From Gammaproteobacteria bacterium (GTDB lineage Bacteria > Pseudomonadota > Gammaproteobacteria > G965209235), in assembly GCA_965209235.1 (NCBI GenBank), contig OZ242382.1, positions 1,327,010 to 1,391,009 of the forward strand: DNA of 64,000 bases, given 5' to 3'. Shown piece by piece: positions 9,614-18,139 of the stretch. The translations under genes and the position numbers were made by a program. Numbering within the stretch: position 1 is the first letter of the stretch; the number at the start of each line of letters is the position of its first letter. The notes under the pieces are model-generated. The model made no database searches and was not told the origin of the DNA. It was given only the letters and a program-made list of their open reading frames with translations.

Positions 9614-11658
9614 TAGCGGAATTGTAAAAACGCTCGGAAGACTCGCCCTTCATCAGGGTGATGGCGCTCTCCGGAAAAGCGAGAAAAGTCTGCTCTTGTC
9701 GAGTACCGGCGATCCGTGAGGTTGTCCATCTCAATCCCGGCTGTCCACTGGGAACTAGCGTGCCAAGACGCTTTGAGTGTCGCAATGGTATGGCCGTCAT
9801 AGCTGTGAGTCGCAAGAGCATCAATGGCATACGGACCCACATGTTCAATTCCCAGTCCAATGTTCCATGTACTTGTGATGTTGTACTGCCATGAAATTGT
9901 GCCAGATCGCCCCAAACTACCGTCAACTTCTTGTCCTCGATCGATTACGCCTTCAGCAACAGCGATCTGGCGATCATGCAGATGACGTGACCATGACGCT
10001 TGGATACTAATCTGGTGGGAACGTGTGATGCTCCACGTAAGATCCACCTCCAATCCGCGGCTGCGGCGCGCAGCGCCACTCACCCGGCGACCATCACCAT
10101 CAGTGAAGATGAGATCGGTCGTGCGTGCGCTAAAGACAGCGACAGACCAGCGGGTCGCGTCGCCTTTCCCCGAGATGCCGGCTTCGAGTTGCGTCGATGT
10201 CTCGCTATCGATGTCATTGACTGACTGACCGCGTTGGACGCGATACAGCTCAAACGTTTGCGGCGGACGCTCGGCACGTGCGATTGCAACATGCCAGCTG
10301 AGTGCGGTCCAGGTTTGCCGGACCCCTGTGCGCCATCCCGGCAGGGTAAATGTGTCTCTGCGATTATTGGGTCTCAGGTACAGGCATCCGCCAAATCCAC
10401 ACGCGGTGCCGTCTTCTTTGAGGTTGCCAGCGTCTGCAAACGTACGGTAGTCATACGACAGCGTGTCAATGCGGGCAGTGGCGATCAGGTCAGTGTGCTC
10501 ACCCACGGAGAACACGGCGTCTGCGACGACGCCGATGTTCACGGTAGCAACACCAAAATCGTAGTGCACGCCTTCTGGACGCACGGCTTGATTAAAGGCT
10601 GATCCTGTGGTCAATGACTCCTCTTGAATCTGTTTGAGGGACACGTCCGCCACCTCAACTTCCCCGCGAATATTCCAGTGAACCCGCTCTGAGGATCGTG
10701 TCCATTCGACATATGACGCGAGGCTGTCTTGACCGTTGTTTTCCGTTGGCGTGCCCGGCAGGAAGTGTTGTAAAAATTCCATACGAGAGCGCCGTGCGGT
10801 CCAGCCGACACGAAACAATCCTTGTTGATCGTTCGTCGTCTTGGAGACACTTCCGACCCAACGAATGGCATGTAAGTCTCGGTATGCACCAGCGTTGGGG
10901 TTGTCCTGGCGCCGCGCGTCAGTTCGGTAGGAGTTCACACCCACCAGATACCCGGCGCTGTCTTGGTTGAGTACCTTGGCGGAGATCAATGACTCAAACA
11001 CCCATGGACCCTGAGACCGGTACAGATGCCTGATTCCGCCATCTTGCGAAGCCGTCTCGTCGCGAAAACCGTCGGTGACTGATGCAGACACCGACAATCG
11101 GTGCGTTCCGAGCTGCGACGCGGCACCGTAACTCACAAGGCCATGGCTACCTGCTGCTGCGGACACCACAGACGGGGCGTCGACGGGGGCCGGATTCGAC
11201 GAGATCGTGCCATTGATGGCGCCGCCTCCGGACAACGATCCCGTGGGTCCGGGTGAGACCGTCAGTCCTTCCAGATCAAACAACACCACTTCAAACAAGT
11301 TGTTGACATTGCATGTTCCGAGTGGCCGGATGCGCACGCCCATTTCGACATATGAGATGCCGCCACATGAACCCGGTCCTGTGAGAACAGGTGAGCGAAG
11401 GCCCAGCAAGTACTCTTGTCCCGACGTGGAACTCACGACGACGCCAGGCACGTCCCGAAGTGCATCATGAGCCGTTAACGTTAAGACATCGGTCTTGGGA
11501 GACTGATACACCGTTCCTGCACGCTGCCACTGCACATCAGGCGCTGAGCCATGCGTGATGACTTCTTCAATCGCGGCCTGAGCGACAGCGCATGCCGGGA
11601 GCAATGCGAGCGCACAAAGGCTCGCGGCCCCATTGGGGCCGAAAAACCGTACTGTCAT
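9610..11658 (-). CDS. TonB-dependent outer-membrane receptor
   Basis: 682 aa with a signal peptide and a plug-like N-terminus ('IEEVITHG...VPGVVV'). The body is rich in beta-strand-type sequence and ends in an aromatic C-terminus ('FLQFRY'). Confidence 0.75.
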   Translation of the reverse strand: MTVRFFGPNGAASLCALALLPACAVAQAAIEEVITHGSAPDVQWQRAGTVYQSPKTDVLTLTAHDALRDVPGVVVSSTSGQEYLLGLRSPVLTGPGSCGGISYVEMGVRIRPLGTCNVNNLFEVVLFDLEGLTVSPGPTGSLSGGGAINGTISSNPAPVDAPSVVSAAAGSHGLVSYGAASQLGTHRLSVSASVTDGFRDETASQDGGIRHLYRSQGPWVFESLISAKVLNQDSAGYLVGVNSYRTDARRQDNPNAGAYRDLHAIRWVGSVSKTTNDQQGLFRVGWTARRSRMEFLQHFLPGTPTENNGQDSLASYVEWTRSSERVHWNIRGEVEVADVSLKQIQEESLTTGSAFNQAVRPEGVHYDFGVATVNIGVVADAVFSVGEHTDLIATARIDTLSYDYRTFADAGNLKEDGTACGFGGCLYLRPNNRRDTFTLPGWRTGVRQTWTALSWHVAIARAERPPQTFELYRVQRGQSVNDIDSETSTQLEAGISGKGDATRWSVAVFSARTTDLIFTDGDGRRVSGAARRSRGLEVDLTWSITRSHQISIQASWSRHLHDRQIAVAEGVIDRGQEVDGSLGRSGTISWQYNITSTWNIGLGIEHVGPYAIDALATHSYDGHTIATLKASWHASSQWTAGIEMDNLTDRRYSTRADFSRFSGERHHPDEGRVFRAFLQFRY

Positions 11659-11682
11659 TGAGTTAGAGGCGTGAGACGAGAG

Positions 11683-13806
11683 CTATTTCAGTAATCCCGC
11701 TTCTTTGTGGCTGCGCGTTTGCTCGGCGATGAAGGACTGGATGGCTTGGACTTTCTTGACGTCAAGGACATCTGAAAACCCTGTCATCCCCGTACCTGGA
11801 ATGCCGGTAAGAACGGTGCCGACAAACTTCGCATGCCCTTCTGTGGAAAGCAAACGCAAGTCAGGCAGCACGCCACCACCAAACGCGCCAGCACCATGAC
11901 ACACGCCGCAGTACTGGTGGTACACCACTTCACCATGCGCGATCACGATCGGATCAGTGCTCACAGTATTCGGCAGTGTTCCTGTCAGTAACGATGGCGG
12001 TTGTGCGCCAGGCGGAAGTTGGGCGGTCCCGCCGAGTTTAAACGTCATGACGCGACCCGTCGGATGGTGGTATGGGCGCGTCGCAACTCCCGCTGTCAGG
12101 GGGAACGCGCCGCCGTATCCCGCCACAACGGTGATGTATTGTTCGCCGTCTTGACTCCATGCGATGGGAGCGGCGATGATCCCTTGACCGGCTTCAAATT
12201 CCCAGACGGCACGGCCTTCATCCGCGGTGAACGCGCGAAGCTTGCCGTCGGATGTGCCTTGGAATACGAGATTTCCAGCGGTTGAGAGCACGCCACCGTT
12301 CCAAGAGTGTGCGTACGGTGCACGCCATTCCTCGGTCTGGGTAACCGGATTCCATGCGCTGAGATGTCCTTTGACATCCTTGACAACTTCAGCCAACTGC
12401 GCGAGGTCCCGCGGCGGAATTGTCAGCGCAAAATCAACACCAAGGTTCCAGCGTCCTGGCTCATATTCGTAGTCATGTTCTTTGCCATAGACAAACGGAA
12501 TATCAATGGCGGGGATATAGACCAGCCCTGTGTCAGGGCTGTAGGACATCGGATGCCAGTTATGGCCGCCAAGGGGGCCGGGCAAAACCACTTGCGGAGC
12601 ACCTTCGTAGCCCGCGTTTTGCGTTCGGATCGGCCGTCCGGTCTCGGGATCAATGCTGCTGGCCCATGTCGCCGTGACGTACTTTTCAGCCGAGATAAAC
12701 GTGCCATCTGTCCGGTCAATCACGTAGAAAAATCCGTTTTTGGGCGCTTGCATCAAGACTTTGCGACGTCCTTCTGGGAAATCGAGATCCGCCAGAATCA
12801 GATGTTGGGTGGCCGTGTAGTCCCACGTTTCTCCGGGTGTGGTCTGATAGTGCCACACATAGTCGCCTGTGTCCGGCCGAAGTGCGACGATGGACGACAG
12901 ATACAGGTTATCACCACCGGCCGGGCTTCGAATTTGTTGATTCCATGGTGAGCCGTTTCCAACGCCAATGTAGAGCAGGTCAAGTTCTGCGTCGTAGGCC
13001 ATGGCGTCCCAGACGGTGCCGCCGCCGCCGTTCTCCCACCACGGTGCCCCGCCCCATGTGTCAGCCGCCCGGCGCATGGCATCGTTTTCAAAGCCGTCTG
13101 CTGGATTGCCAGGAACGGTATAGAAACGCCATTCTTGCTTGCCGGTTTCTGCGTCGTATGCCGTGATGTACCCACGTACGCCGTACTCGCCGCCACCGTT
13201 GCCGATGATCACGCGACCTTTGACGATGCGCGGTGCGCCGGTGATCGTGTACGCCTGCTTGCGATCAATCGTGTTGACTTCCCACCGGGGTTCTCCGGTC
13301 GCTGCGTCAAGAGCGAGCAAGCGACCATCTAAGGTTGCGCTAATGACCATGCCCTTGTGGACAGCAACGCCGCGGTTGACCACGTCACAGCAAGCAAACT
13401 TGGCCCATTCGCGAGGCACATGAGGGTCATATCGCCAAATCTCAGCGCCGGTTTTCGCATCCAACGCAATGACGTTGCTCCATGCTGTGGTGACGAACAT
13501 CGTGCCATCCACAACAATCGGGGTTGCTTCGTGACCGCGCTCAATTCCGGTGTCATAGGACCATGTCAGCGCAAGATCGTGAATGCTTTCGTCGTTGATC
13601 TCTTGCAGCGGAGAAAAACGCTGCTCATCGAATGTACGCCCATGCGCCATCCAGTTGCCGGGCTCAGAGTCGGCAGCAAGGATGCGTTCAGCATCCACGT
13701 TCGCAACATCAGATGCCGCTGGAGCTGGGTCATCAGAGCCGCATCCCAGAACCACGCTGGAGGCAGCGGCTGCAAGGATAAGAGAAGGCGGTAAGGGGAA
13801 TCGCAT
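11683..13806 (-). CDS. PQQ-dependent quinohemoprotein alcohol dehydrogenase (type II), predicted lipoprotein
   Basis: Vicinal Cys pair 'FACCDVVNRG', propeller W-motifs, and a C-terminal cytochrome c domain 'CGVCHG'. The start is set at the internal ATG at 13806, giving 'MRFPLPPSLILAAAASSVVLGC' (lipobox). Confidence 0.85.
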   Translation of the reverse strand: MRFPLPPSLILAAAASSVVLGCGSDDPAPAASDVANVDAERILAADSEPGNWMAHGRTFDEQRFSPLQEINDESIHDLALTWSYDTGIERGHEATPIVVDGTMFVTTAWSNVIALDAKTGAEIWRYDPHVPREWAKFACCDVVNRGVAVHKGMVISATLDGRLLALDAATGEPRWEVNTIDRKQAYTITGAPRIVKGRVIIGNGGGEYGVRGYITAYDAETGKQEWRFYTVPGNPADGFENDAMRRAADTWGGAPWWENGGGGTVWDAMAYDAELDLLYIGVGNGSPWNQQIRSPAGGDNLYLSSIVALRPDTGDYVWHYQTTPGETWDYTATQHLILADLDFPEGRRKVLMQAPKNGFFYVIDRTDGTFISAEKYVTATWASSIDPETGRPIRTQNAGYEGAPQVVLPGPLGGHNWHPMSYSPDTGLVYIPAIDIPFVYGKEHDYEYEPGRWNLGVDFALTIPPRDLAQLAEVVKDVKGHLSAWNPVTQTEEWRAPYAHSWNGGVLSTAGNLVFQGTSDGKLRAFTADEGRAVWEFEAGQGIIAAPIAWSQDGEQYITVVAGYGGAFPLTAGVATRPYHHPTGRVMTFKLGGTAQLPPGAQPPSLLTGTLPNTVSTDPIVIAHGEVVYHQYCGVCHGAGAFGGGVLPDLRLLSTEGHAKFVGTVLTGIPGTGMTGFSDVLDVKKVQAIQSFIAEQTRSHKEAGLLK

Positions 13807-13835
13807 CGATCTGGAGAAGCTGTGGGCACCGACAC

Positions 13836-13859
13836 TATTGTCTGAATGTCGCGACAATA
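13836..13859. promoter_or_regulatory. perfect 7-bp inverted repeat TATTGTC-N10-GACAATA in a divergent intergenic region
   Basis: Read directly from the sequence between the PQQ-ADH start (13806, minus) and the ubiG start (13866, plus). The spacer contains the palindrome GTCGCGAC. Confidence 0.3.
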
Positions 13860-13865
13860 CGCTAG

Positions 13866-14561
13866 TTGCTTGGTGTGACACGATTGGATCCTTTTACATC
13901 ACAGGCACCGGATTGGTGGGACGAAGACGCGGGACCCGCGGTCGCCCTGCACAAGATGAATCCGCTGCGAATGGACGCCGTTGAGAAGCACGCATCGCTG
14001 ACCGGGGCGGCCGTCCTTGATGTCGGATGTGGCGCCGGCATCGCGACCGAAGAACTCCACAGGCGCGGCGCTGATGTCATCGGAGTGGATGCAAACCACG
14101 CCATGATTCATGCGGCGCTTGCGCGACCGAACGCGAGTGCCGTGCGCTATGTCGAAGGTGAGATTCCGGGTGCTTTAGAGGATCTTGGAGTTCCGGAGGA
14201 ATCGTTTGACGTTGTGACATGTTTTGAGCTTTTGGAGCATGTGACGACCCCGGACGCATTGATTGATAGTGCCGCGCGTTACTTAAAGCCAGGTGGCATA
14301 CTCGCCATGTCAACGATCAATCGGACATTGCGCGCATTTCTTGCAGCCATCGTTGGGGCAGAACACGTGCTAAAGATCGTTCCGCGAGGCACGCATCAAT
14401 ACGATATGTTTCTGAAACCGAGTGAGGTGGCAAAGATGTGTAGAGATGCCGGTTTATCCACCGTGGAAACGCGTGGAATGTTATATCTTCCAGTGATCCA
14501 GAAGGCTCACTTTGTCAGCGACCATGCTGTGAACTGGCTGGGCGTGTACCGCAAAGGCTAA
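13866..14561 (+). CDS. ubiG: bifunctional 3-demethylubiquinol / 2-polyprenyl-6-hydroxyphenol O-methyltransferase
   Basis: Motifs 'WWDEDAGPAVALHKMNPLR' and SAM motif 'VLDVGCGAGIATEEL'. The start is non-ATG (TTG 13866 or GTG 13875). Confidence 0.88.
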   Translation: MLGVTRLDPFTSQAPDWWDEDAGPAVALHKMNPLRMDAVEKHASLTGAAVLDVGCGAGIATEELHRRGADVIGVDANHAMIHAALARPNASAVRYVEGEIPGALEDLGVPEESFDVVTCFELLEHVTTPDALIDSAARYLKPGGILAMSTINRTLRAFLAAIVGAEHVLKIVPRGTHQYDMFLKPSEVAKMCRDAGLSTVETRGMLYLPVIQKAHFVSDHAVNWLGVYRKG

Positions 14562-15202
14562 TGTCCATCATTCTTTTTGATCTCGATGGCACGCTGGTTG
14601 ATTCGGCGCTAGGCCTGCATCGCGCGGTATCGAGAGCTTTGGACGAATTTGCGCTGCCGTCGCCATCGTTGGAAGTGTTGCGTCCTTGTGTCAATGAGGG
14701 AGTGCGTGCCATGATCGGCGCTGCCGGGCTTCAGTTAGAGGGTGGTCAACAGACCGACGTCGTGAACCGGGCCGTTGAGCTGTATGAAGAGCATATGCTG
14801 GAAGCTCCGTTATTTCATGGGATTGACCAGTTATTGAGTCACTGCCGCGAGACGAACGTGGAATGGGGTGTTGTGACCAACAAGCCTGGGAGATTCGCGC
14901 GGCCTTTGATTCAACATCACAGCGAATTCAACGACTGTCAGGTGGTCATTACTCCAGACGATGCGCCCGCCAAGCCGTCAGGAGATGGTATTCGTCAGGC
15001 TTTGCAAACATTCGCATCATCTGGGCGTTTGGTGTTCTATATCGGGGACCATCCGCGTGATCTCATCGCCGCGCGTGATGCAGGCGTCTCTCCCGTGGCA
15101 GCGGCCTGGGGCTACTGGGGCGACGAGACACCCGATCAGGCTGACCACATTCTTGATCATCCACGTGACATGCTGGCGTTGCTTCAGCCACATGTTGTCT
15201 AG
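14561..15202 (+). CDS. HAD-superfamily phosphatase (phosphoglycolate phosphatase Gph / MupP-like)
   Basis: HAD motif I 'ILFDLDGTLVDS' and motif 'VTNKP'; located directly after ubiG. Confidence 0.75.
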   Translation: MSIILFDLDGTLVDSALGLHRAVSRALDEFALPSPSLEVLRPCVNEGVRAMIGAAGLQLEGGQQTDVVNRAVELYEEHMLEAPLFHGIDQLLSHCRETNVEWGVVTNKPGRFARPLIQHHSEFNDCQVVITPDDAPAKPSGDGIRQALQTFASSGRLVFYIGDHPRDLIAARDAGVSPVAAAWGYWGDETPDQADHILDHPRDMLALLQPHVV

Positions 15203-15925
15203 ATGAATCACAGCATGGCGGTGTTTGGTGCCAGTGGGGCGCTCGGTGGCGCGGTGGTCGACTGTGCGCTGGAAGCAGGGTGGTCGGTGTTGGCGCACAG
15301 TCAACATGGGGTCTCAAGGCAGCACCCGAAGCTGGTGCATTGGCAGCAGGATCTAACCGACTGGCCTGATGGTGCTGAATCCGAGTTGCAAGACGCCATC
15401 AAACACTCGTTTGGAGGCGTGCAGGTTGCCGTCTTCGCATTGGGAGCGACGCATGGTGATCGTCCGCTTACAGGCGTCGACACCAATGACATCAGGAAGG
15501 CGCTGGAGATTGAAGCCATTGCGCCGTTACGTCTTTTCAATGCGTTGAGAGATGTCTGGGTCGGCGCAGGCCTGAGCGTGATGTTTGACGATCGATCAGC
15601 CCGCCATCGCGCTTATGCGGGGGCGCACGGCCTAGGTCAGTGGGCGTCAACAGGACTGGCGATCATGATGCAACGAGAAAACACGGGTCCGGCTGCTCCA
15701 CTTGTCCTTGTGGTTGATCCTCAAGAACCGCAGACGCCACGGCGCAGAGCGAGCTTCCCCTCCGCACCTCGCGCTGAGTTTTCGGCTCGTCACGTGGGGG
15801 AAGCGCTGATGCGCGAGATTCACAAACTTGATGTCAAGCCGCGTGAGGCATCGATGAATCCGTCAGCAGAAGGGATTCTGGCATCAGGGCTGCGCATCCG
15901 ATTGTCGTTGGGCGGCAGCTTGTAG
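15203..15925 (+). CDS. NAD(P)-binding short-chain dehydrogenase-like protein (YciK-position)
   Basis: Rossmann N-terminus 'VFGASGALGGAVV'. The catalytic YxxxK is not clearly retained ('AYAGAHG'). Confidence 0.5.
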   Translation: MNHSMAVFGASGALGGAVVDCALEAGWSVLAHSQHGVSRQHPKLVHWQQDLTDWPDGAESELQDAIKHSFGGVQVAVFALGATHGDRPLTGVDTNDIRKALEIEAIAPLRLFNALRDVWVGAGLSVMFDDRSARHRAYAGAHGLGQWASTGLAIMMQRENTGPAAPLVLVVDPQEPQTPRRRASFPSAPRAEFSARHVGEALMREIHKLDVKPREASMNPSAEGILASGLRIRLSLGGSL

Positions 15926-16642
15926 TCGAGTCATCTCGCCATTGGTTAACCGACGGTAGCGCCCGACGCGCAGGTCAGGCTCCAAGAAAACGGGGCCAAA
16001 CCGAACGCGTTTGAGTCGAGAGACGGGATGATCAATAGCGTCAAAGAGATGGCGAACAATGCGGTTGCGCCCCTCGGTGACGACGACGGTACACCAGCCA
16101 TGACGTGTTTCCGTCTCGTGCGACACGAGATGTTCAAAGCGAGCGAGCTTGCCGTCAATGTAGATGCCCTCTACCAGGCGCCTCAGTCTTGTCTCGCTGG
16201 CGTGTCCACGGTAGCGAACCACATATTCCCTCTCGACTTGAGAACTCGGATGCATCAGATCACGGGCAAGGCGGCCATCGTTGGTGAACAGCAAAAGACC
16301 CGACGTGGCGATATCTAATCGGCCGAGATAGATCCATCGGCCGTCACGGCAGGGAGGCAAGCAGTGATACACGGAGGGAATACCGTGTTCATCGTGGCTT
16401 GACACCACTGTGCCCGGAGGCTTGTGCAATGCAAGGACATCGGTGTCCACGTGATGGTTGGCCGAGAAGTTGTAACGCTTGCCGTCGATGTACGCCACGT
16501 TGTTTTCGCGCGTCAGACGTTGGCCGACCACAGCGCGCTTACCATTGAGTGTGACACGACCATCTTGAATGGCGCGGTCAATTTCTCGGCGAAATCCAGC
16601 GCCGGCTTCCGCAAGAGCTCGGGATAAACGTATGCCTAGCAC
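15884..16642 (-). CDS. rRNA pseudouridine synthase (RsuA/RluB family) with N-terminal S4 domain
   Basis: S4-like 'IRLSRALAEAGAGFRREIDRAIQDGRVTLNG' and catalytic 'GRLDIATSGLLLFTNDG'. Confidence 0.85.
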   Translation of the reverse strand: MLGIRLSRALAEAGAGFRREIDRAIQDGRVTLNGKRAVVGQRLTRENNVAYIDGKRYNFSANHHVDTDVLALHKPPGTVVSSHDEHGIPSVYHCLPPCRDGRWIYLGRLDIATSGLLLFTNDGRLARDLMHPSSQVEREYVVRYRGHASETRLRRLVEGIYIDGKLARFEHLVSHETETRHGWCTVVVTEGRNRIVRHLFDAIDHPVSRLKRVRFGPVFLEPDLRVGRYRRLTNGEMTRLQAAAQRQSDAQP

Positions 16643-17436
16643 GAGTGAATCCGTGTTCGGAGATCAGCTGGGATGTGGCATACCGGCGGGGCGTGCATTT
16701 TGTGTTGAGCAGCTTGATGAAGGGTGCGATACTTTGCTAGGACGTCTTGCTGTGCCGTGTTTAACTCGACGCCGCTTGGGTTCGCCAGCTCTTCCATCGC
16801 CCACTCAAGCTCGTCATATGTCACGCCCAGTTGATCCTCGTCTGTCCGGCCGTCGTCCCATAACCCGTCTGTCGGTGCTGCGGTAACGATGTCTTGAGAC
16901 ACTCCAAGGGCTTCTGCCACCTGACGCACCTGCGACTTGTACAGATCGGCGATAGGTGAAACATCCACGCCGCCATCACCGTACTTCGTGAAAAATCCAA
17001 CACCGAAGTCTTCGACGCGGTTGCCCGTTCCGCAGACCAAAGCGCGTCTCTCGCCGGCTAGTGCATACAGCATGGTCATACGCAAGCGAGAGCGAGCATT
17101 GGCAGCATTTAGAGGGTGAAGAGCATCAGGGATCGTTCGCTCAAACATGCCAAAAAGTTCATCCAAATGCAAGTCCGCAGTATCCACATTCGTGAAGTGA
17201 GTCCTGAGCCATTTGAGGTGCTCGGTCGCTCTAGTGTGCTGCCCAGCTTCTTGTCGCAAGGGGAGTGACACACACAGGACAGGAAGGGTTGTGCGTGCGC
17301 ACAGCGTTGATACCGCTGCCGAGTCAACACCGCCCGATACGCCGCAGACATAGCCGTTGCAACCGGCACCCCGAGCATAGGCTTGCAACCACTGCACGAT
17401 AAAGTCGGCGACGTCAAGAGGAGCATGGAAAAGCAT
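16636..17436 (-). CDS. nadE: ammonia-dependent NAD+ synthetase
   Basis: PP-loop 'GVSGGVDSA' and 'FFTKYGDGGVD'. Confidence 0.88.
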   Translation of the reverse strand: MLFHAPLDVADFIVQWLQAYARGAGCNGYVCGVSGGVDSAAVSTLCARTTLPVLCVSLPLRQEAGQHTRATEHLKWLRTHFTNVDTADLHLDELFGMFERTIPDALHPLNAANARSRLRMTMLYALAGERRALVCGTGNRVEDFGVGFFTKYGDGGVDVSPIADLYKSQVRQVAEALGVSQDIVTAAPTDGLWDDGRTDEDQLGVTYDELEWAMEELANPSGVELNTAQQDVLAKYRTLHQAAQHKMHAPPVCHIPADLRTRIHSC

Positions 17437-17471
17437 AGAAATCAGGCCGAATTGGCGTATAGGAACCTATA

Positions 17472-18107
17472 ATGCTCGTTGAGCACACTATGTTTTCTCG
17501 GGGTTTTGACGTGCATTCGGTTTTTCTGTTGGGGTGCAAGGCGTACAGCCTCTTCGTTGGTATTGTCCCGCAAGTGTTGTTGCGGGCGTATCTCGTTCCG
17601 GTCTTCTATATGGCTGGAAGCACGAAGCTCGATCACATTGATGCTGTTATTCAGCAATTTGGCGAAGGGTACGGCTTCCCGTTTCCTGCGTTGATGGCGT
17701 ACATGGCAGCACTCACTGAGTACTGCGGTGCCATCATGTTGGCGTTGGGATTTGGCGTGCGCCTTATTTGTATTCCCTTGGCAATTACGATGGTGGTTGC
17801 GGCGTTGTCCGTGCACATTGATCACGGTTGGTTGGCCATTGCATCAGGCTCCGATCCGGAAGTTGCGGAACGTCTCCGTGCCGCTAACGGGATCCTGCGT
17901 GAGAACGCCGTGAACTTCAATTGGCTCGTAGAGAAAGGGCGCTTTGTGATTTTGAATAACGGGATTCAGTTTGCCGCCACGTACTTCATCATGTGCTTGG
18001 CATTGATTGGACTGGGCGCTGGACGGTACTTGAGCGTGGATCACTACGTGATGCCTATCATCTGCCGAAAGGTGAAGTCCATCTTCAACATTGAATGTGG
18101 CGCTTAA
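17472..18107 (+). CDS. DoxX-family integral membrane protein
   Basis: Multi-helix hydrophobic protein with 'LRAYLVPVFYMAGSTKL' and 'ILNNGIQFAATYFIMCLALIGLGAGRYLSVD', typical of DoxX. The start may be the ATG at 17490. Confidence 0.65.
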   Translation: MLVEHTMFSRGFDVHSVFLLGCKAYSLFVGIVPQVLLRAYLVPVFYMAGSTKLDHIDAVIQQFGEGYGFPFPALMAYMAALTEYCGAIMLALGFGVRLICIPLAITMVVAALSVHIDHGWLAIASGSDPEVAERLRAANGILRENAVNFNWLVEKGRFVILNNGIQFAATYFIMCLALIGLGAGRYLSVDHYVMPIICRKVKSIFNIECGA

Positions 18108-18139
18108 TCCCTTCAACTATCGACAACTGAGAGAAGAAC

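Noticed and set aside
11683-13806. The PQQ-ADH could be a lanthanide-dependent (XoxF/PedH-type) enzyme, with the adjacent TBDR importing lanthanides.
   Set aside because: The residue two positions after the catalytic Asp is Thr ('WDYTAT'), not the additional Asp ('DxD') that marks Ln-dependent enzymes. The fused cytochrome c domain indicates a Ca-type quinohemoprotein ADH.
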